Source of the DNA: an uncultured bacterium
GTDB taxonomy: Bacteria; Pseudomonadota; Gammaproteobacteria; Ga0077536
NCBI GenBank assembly: GCA_964012875.1
Contig: CAXGUU010000002.1
Location: 1-32,486, forward strand
Direction: 5' to 3'
DNA length: 32,486 nt
Position numbers and translations under genes: made by a program. Position 1 is the first letter of the stretch, and every line of letters starts with the position of its first letter. Shown piece after piece: positions 26,658-32,486 of the stretch. The notes under the pieces are model-generated. The model was not told the DNA's origin. It made no database searches and was given only the letters and a program-made list of their open reading frames with translations.

Positions 26658-27425
26658 CTATACCGGGCGCCAGCGCATACCGGCGAGCAGGTAGCACCCA
26701 TCCGGCAGCGATTCCCCCAGTTCCGTGAGCCGCGCGGCTAAGCCGCCGTCTTTACCGGCCACCACATCGATGCCCGCCAGGCCTTCGGGCCGGCCATCGT
26801 TGGCCCTGACGAAGCGTATGTCAGCATTTTCCAGCGGTAATACAAATCCCTGGTCCTGGCTCACAAGGTCAATTTCTGCGATTTCAGCCCACTTTTCCGC
26901 CAGAGATAGCGGGTCGTCGGACTGGATTTCGACCGCGCGAATACTTTCGATCAGGTCCGTGTTGCGGCATTCACGCCAGTCCGGCCCGGCCGGGGCCCAA
27001 GGTCCATCGACTGCCCCGGCGTCGGACCCAAGCTGTTGATCAATCTCAAAAAAGGAGCCACCTGTATCGCGCGGATGAAGCTGCATGTTGATGAAATTCT
27101 CAATCTCAAACTGGTGTGCGATACGGACGCCCAGGGCTTCCGCCCGGGCGCGCCGTGGGGCGTGGTCATCACATTGCGTGATGACCATGTAGCCGCCGTC
27201 ACCGCCGCGACGTTCTAGGTAACGCCCGGCAGCGGTGCCCGGGCGCGTTGGGGCCACCACCTCCAGAAATTGGTTTCCTATTGGAAACAACACGTTATGT
27301 AAGCCGAATTCACCGACGGCCGGGTCCCTGAAGCACGGTTTCAGGCCAAAAGCCTCTGTCAGCGTGCGCTCTACTCGTTCCAGTTCAGTCGCGACCAGGG
27401 CGACCTGGCGAAGTCGTAACCACAT
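26658..27425 (-). CDS. VOC (glyoxalase/bleomycin-resistance/dioxygenase) family protein
   Basis: 255-aa ORF with AAGGAG 9 nt upstream. LRQVALVATELERVERTLTEAFGLKPCFRDPAVGEFGLHNVLFPIGNQFLEVVAP is typical of glyoxalase-like domain proteins. Confidence 0.65.
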   Translation of the reverse strand: MWLRLRQVALVATELERVERTLTEAFGLKPCFRDPAVGEFGLHNVLFPIGNQFLEVVAPTRPGTAAGRYLERRGGDGGYMVITQCDDHAPRRARAEALGVRIAHQFEIENFINMQLHPRDTGGSFFEIDQQLGSDAGAVDGPWAPAGPDWRECRNTDLIESIRAVEIQSDDPLSLAEKWAEIAEIDLVSQDQGFVLPLENADIRFVRANDGRPEGLAGIDVVAGKDGGLAARLTELGESLPDGCYLLAGMRWRPV

Positions 27426-27564
27426 CTATGCTATCTCCTTAAAACTGTGGGACTCGCTCTGGCAACGGCGAGCCAACGAAACCGTGACCGAACGCCCGAG
27501 TACCATACCGGCGCCCCTTCAGGTAAATTTGAGTATGACGTATCAGGTTATGGGGAGATTATCG

Positions 27565-29394
<1,830 letters not shown>

Positions 29395-29420
29395 TCGCTG
29401 AGGACGAAAACACGCGGCGA

Positions 29421-30503
29421 TTACCGCACTATGAGTTCCTGGGCACGGGCGGCATCTTCCCGTGCCCGCTCCGGGCTGCCGAACAACTGCCGGTTCAAGC
29501 CGATGCGCTTGAACCAGTAGTGCAGTCCAAGCAGGTCAGTAAAGCCGACACCACCGTGTACTTCGGTCGCGGTTTTAGCCACGAAGGTGCCAACTTCCGA
29601 CACGTGGGCCTTGGTCTGGCAAGCGTAGAGGTGTGCCTCCCCGGGTAGCGATTGCAGCGCATGAGCCGCGTACCAGACCATCGCACGACAAGGCTCGAGT
29701 TCAGCCGCCATTTCAGCACATAAATGCTTCACCGCCTGGAACGAAGCAATGACGCGACCAAACTGCTCACGCTGCCCGGCATAAGCGACCGCGGCATCCA
29801 GCATGTATTGAGCGGCGCCGAGTGTATCGGCGGCAGACATGACGCGCATCACGTCAATCAAGCCATTCAGTACATGACTGTCGTCGGCGACAATCGCCAA
29901 CGGCGCGACACCGGAGAACACGAGTTCTCCTAGTGGGCGGGTCTTGTCGATAGAAATCAGGGGGATCTTTTCCAATCCCAAGGCGTCGTTGGCGATGAGT
30001 ATCACGCTTTGATCAGTAGTCGCGACCAGGAAAGCGTCTGCATAGATATCAGTGACGAACAGACAACGGCCGTGCAACTGCCCATCAATAAACCCAACGC
30101 CTGCATTCTCGCGAGTGCCTGTGTGCTCTGCGATCCCGACGCCCACAGTTTTCGACCCCGCAGCAATCTGCGGCAACCATTCAGCCTGTAGCTCGGTGGG
30201 TCCGTGAGAAAGTGCGAAAGGTGCCGCCACACAACTGCCGGCGAACGGTACTGGTGCGACAAAAGCGGAAAGTATCTCGATCACCAACGCTGCATCAACG
30301 AAACCGAGGCCGCTACCGCCATGCCGTTCGTCAACCATGAGGCCGGTTATGCCGAGCTCCGCAAGCTGCAGCCATAACTCGCTGTGGTCGAATTCATCGG
30401 CGCTCACGATCGAGCGTACGGTGTCTAGCGTGCAGCAATCGTCAAGCACGCGCCGCAGGCTTTCGCCCATCAGGAGCTGGTCTTCCGATAGTCCGAATTC
30501 CAT
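29421..30503 (-). CDS. Acyl-CoA dehydrogenase-fold protein lacking the canonical FAD-contact motif (beta-type subunit candidate)
   Basis: ACAD-like N- and C-terminal helical domains (QREQFGRVIASFQAVKH, TEVHGGVGFT). The middle domain reads GIAEHTGTRENAGV instead of the E-x-x-x-GSD...T-x-A motif. Its ATG directly abuts the upstream ACAD stop (TAAATG). Confidence 0.85.
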   Translation of the reverse strand: MEFGLSEDQLLMGESLRRVLDDCCTLDTVRSIVSADEFDHSELWLQLAELGITGLMVDERHGGSGLGFVDAALVIEILSAFVAPVPFAGSCVAAPFALSHGPTELQAEWLPQIAAGSKTVGVGIAEHTGTRENAGVGFIDGQLHGRCLFVTDIYADAFLVATTDQSVILIANDALGLEKIPLISIDKTRPLGELVFSGVAPLAIVADDSHVLNGLIDVMRVMSAADTLGAAQYMLDAAVAYAGQREQFGRVIASFQAVKHLCAEMAAELEPCRAMVWYAAHALQSLPGEAHLYACQTKAHVSEVGTFVAKTATEVHGGVGFTDLLGLHYWFKRIGLNRQLFGSPERAREDAARAQELIVR

Positions 30504-31709
30504 TTATTGAACACCCGTAGCTTTGGGCTCGCGCGGCATACCGAGGCCGCGTTCGGCGATGATGTTCTTCTGTATCTGCGACGTACCCCCGCCAATGATG
30601 AGGCCCAGGAAGTACATATAGTGTTGTTGCCACATGCCATTGTCGCGCAGTCGCGGACTGCCGCGGTAAAGGGTGCCAAGTTCGCCGAGCACGTCGATCG
30701 CGAGTTGCTCGAGTTCGTGCCGAAGCTCCGTTCCCTGGAGTTTCACGACCATCCCCGCCAGCACAGCCGGCACGTCGTTGAGCCGGGCGGACAACAAGCG
30801 CAGGTCGTTGCAACGTAGCGCCAGCATGCGCCCCTGCAACTTCATCAAACGCTCACGAAAAACAGCGCTTTCGCTCAGGGCTAGCCCGTCGATGGTTTCA
30901 GTTTGCATCAGTTCGAGCAAGGCGTTAAACCGGGTTAGCGTCACGTTCGGATTACCAAGCATGCCCCGTTCGTGGCCGAGCAACGCATTCGCGACCCGCC
31001 AGCCATCACCCGGCTTGGCAACAATATTCGAAGCAGGTATCCGTACGTCGGTAAAAAACACCTCATTAAAACTGGCGTCCCCCGTCATCGTCGTCAGCGG
31101 CCGTACTTCGATACCCGGCGTTGTCATCGGCAGCAGCAGAAAACTGATACCACGGTGTTTGGGTGCATCCGGCTCCGTCCGCACCAGACAGAACATCCAG
31201 TCAGCCAAATGCGCGGTCGACGTCCAGATTTTCTGGCCATTGATGACCCAGTCATCGCCGTCCAGCACCGCATGGGTCTTCAGACTCGCCAGATCGCTAC
31301 CGGCATTGGGTTCCGAGTAGCCCTGGCACCAGATGATTTCGCCGTAAAGTGTCGGCCGAATAAATTGTTCGCGCTGCTCCGCGGTGCCAAACTCGAGCAG
31401 GGTGGGAATCAACATCATGATGCCCTGTCCAACGATGCCGGGCGACAGGCGTGCGTTGGCAAACTCTTCGGCGATGATGCGCGACTCAAGAATATCGGGG
31501 CTCGCACCGAAGCCGCCGTACTCCTTGGGAATTGTGCGGCCGGCATAGCCGTGCTCGATCAGCAGCTGCTGCCATTGAAGTAACACCGGATCGCGCAGGT
31601 CCATGCCGCGTGACTCGGTCCCACGCGGGGCCTGCGCCCTGTGCGCGTGAATGAAATCCCGCACCTCTTGCCGGAATGATTCGTACTGGGGGCCAAACGA
31701 CAAGTCCAT
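30504..31709 (-). CDS. Acyl-CoA dehydrogenase (canonical FAD-binding subunit)
   Basis: WCQGYSEPNAGSDLASLKTHAVLDGDDWVINGQKIWTSTAH (FAD/substrate middle domain) and C-terminal GGGTSQIQKNIIAERGLG. Confidence 0.9.
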   Translation of the reverse strand: MDLSFGPQYESFRQEVRDFIHAHRAQAPRGTESRGMDLRDPVLLQWQQLLIEHGYAGRTIPKEYGGFGASPDILESRIIAEEFANARLSPGIVGQGIMMLIPTLLEFGTAEQREQFIRPTLYGEIIWCQGYSEPNAGSDLASLKTHAVLDGDDWVINGQKIWTSTAHLADWMFCLVRTEPDAPKHRGISFLLLPMTTPGIEVRPLTTMTGDASFNEVFFTDVRIPASNIVAKPGDGWRVANALLGHERGMLGNPNVTLTRFNALLELMQTETIDGLALSESAVFRERLMKLQGRMLALRCNDLRLLSARLNDVPAVLAGMVVKLQGTELRHELEQLAIDVLGELGTLYRGSPRLRDNGMWQQHYMYFLGLIIGGGTSQIQKNIIAERGLGMPREPKATGVQ

Positions 31710-31934
31710 TCAGATTAGCCTGACTATCGGGTTGCCCGCAGTCTACTCGAATCCGGGCCATTCGATGAACGCCGTTTTTGGAAACCATCAGTCTCGATCA
31801 ACATCGCCGATTCGGCCGCTGACAGTCGGTCCACTGATCCGAATCAAAATTACGACCTAACATGGGGTTTTGTCGCCTTCCGACGACGATACAAAGCGGC
31901 TACATTGCAACGACTAATTTGAGCGCCCGAAAAC

Positions 31935-32486
31935 GTGCCTGCCCTTTATCCGCCCTCCGCAGAAACGGCTCTTAGTTCCGCCCCTCCCTCGGCGGCACTC
32001 ACGTTCGACGACGGCGAGATACGCACCGACGTCGCACTGAAACGCCTTTCCCGTTGGCAATTGAGCGAGATGAAAACACACACCGAAGGCGTACAGCAGG
32101 ACGCCGATAACGAAAACCTTCATCATTTTCGAATCGCCGTGCGTAAAACCCGGACCCCGCTCACTGAAATCAAGTCTGTACTGCCACCTCGTTACGAAGC
32201 ACTGTTCAAGCGCGAATTCGCGTGACTCGGTCAAGACACAGGCCGGGGCCATGATCTTGACGTCTATCTCGATTCTTTCGATACCATCGCGGCTCTCGTA
32301 GGCAGCAAGCGAAAGGGAGCACTCGAGCCGCTTGCCGCTTCGCGCGCACATTGCTGAACAACGCGCCCTGGAGCATGCACGCGTCGTAGACACCCTGCAC
32401 GGTGCGCGCTATACAGCGCTGCTCGAAAACTGGACGAACTATCTGGAACAACCGGTTCCACAGCACGTGGGTCCGCTGAACGCGAT
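31935..32486 (+). pseudogene. CHAD-domain protein with in-frame TGA (32223-32225) at a conserved Trp position; 3' end runs off the window
   Basis: NLHHFRIAVRKTRTPLTEIKSVLPPRYEALFKREFA-TGA-LGQDTGRGHDLDVYLDSF... continues open in the same frame to the window end. It matches the CHAD pattern vHxlRVaxRRxRaxl...l..El.WL...lG..RDlDV. The GTG 31935 start is tentative. Confidence 0.6.

Overview
GC-rich, gene-dense bacterial chromosomal segment, proteobacterial in style, with about 33 protein-coding genes on both strands. I found no rRNA, tRNA, CRISPR array, transposase or integrase. The content is mostly accessory catabolism of lipids, alicyclic ketones and xenobiotics. It includes an enoyl-CoA hydratase, two MaoC hotdog proteins, an acyl-CoA synthetase, an abutting acyl-CoA dehydrogenase pair, a long-form Baeyer-Villiger monooxygenase, three alpha/beta hydrolases, two SDRs, three luciferase-like (LLM) oxidoreductases, a nitronate-monooxygenase-family protein, a cytochrome c-fused PQQ dehydrogenase and a MetE-like Zn alkyltransferase. 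There are also transporters (DAACS, MFS, LysE). No recognisable defence or mobile system is present. The points most worth a second look are: (1) an AhpD/CMD-family gene split by an in-frame TGA exactly at the second Cys of its CxxC redox motif, so a candidate selenoprotein or a pseudogene; (2) a CHAD-domain gene with an in-frame TGA where a conserved Trp is expected; (3) a divergent APH-fold kinase plus SDR plus class-III-aminotransferase-fold (phospho-lyase-like) module, co-operonic with an LLM and an NMO enzyme; (4) a truncated amidase remnant abutting that module; (5) a perfect 19-bp inverted repeat in the divergent MFS/SnoaL promoter region; (6) a probable phage terminase gene remnant in an intergenic gap. 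All functional calls come from motif recognition by eye in the supplied translations. No database search was run.
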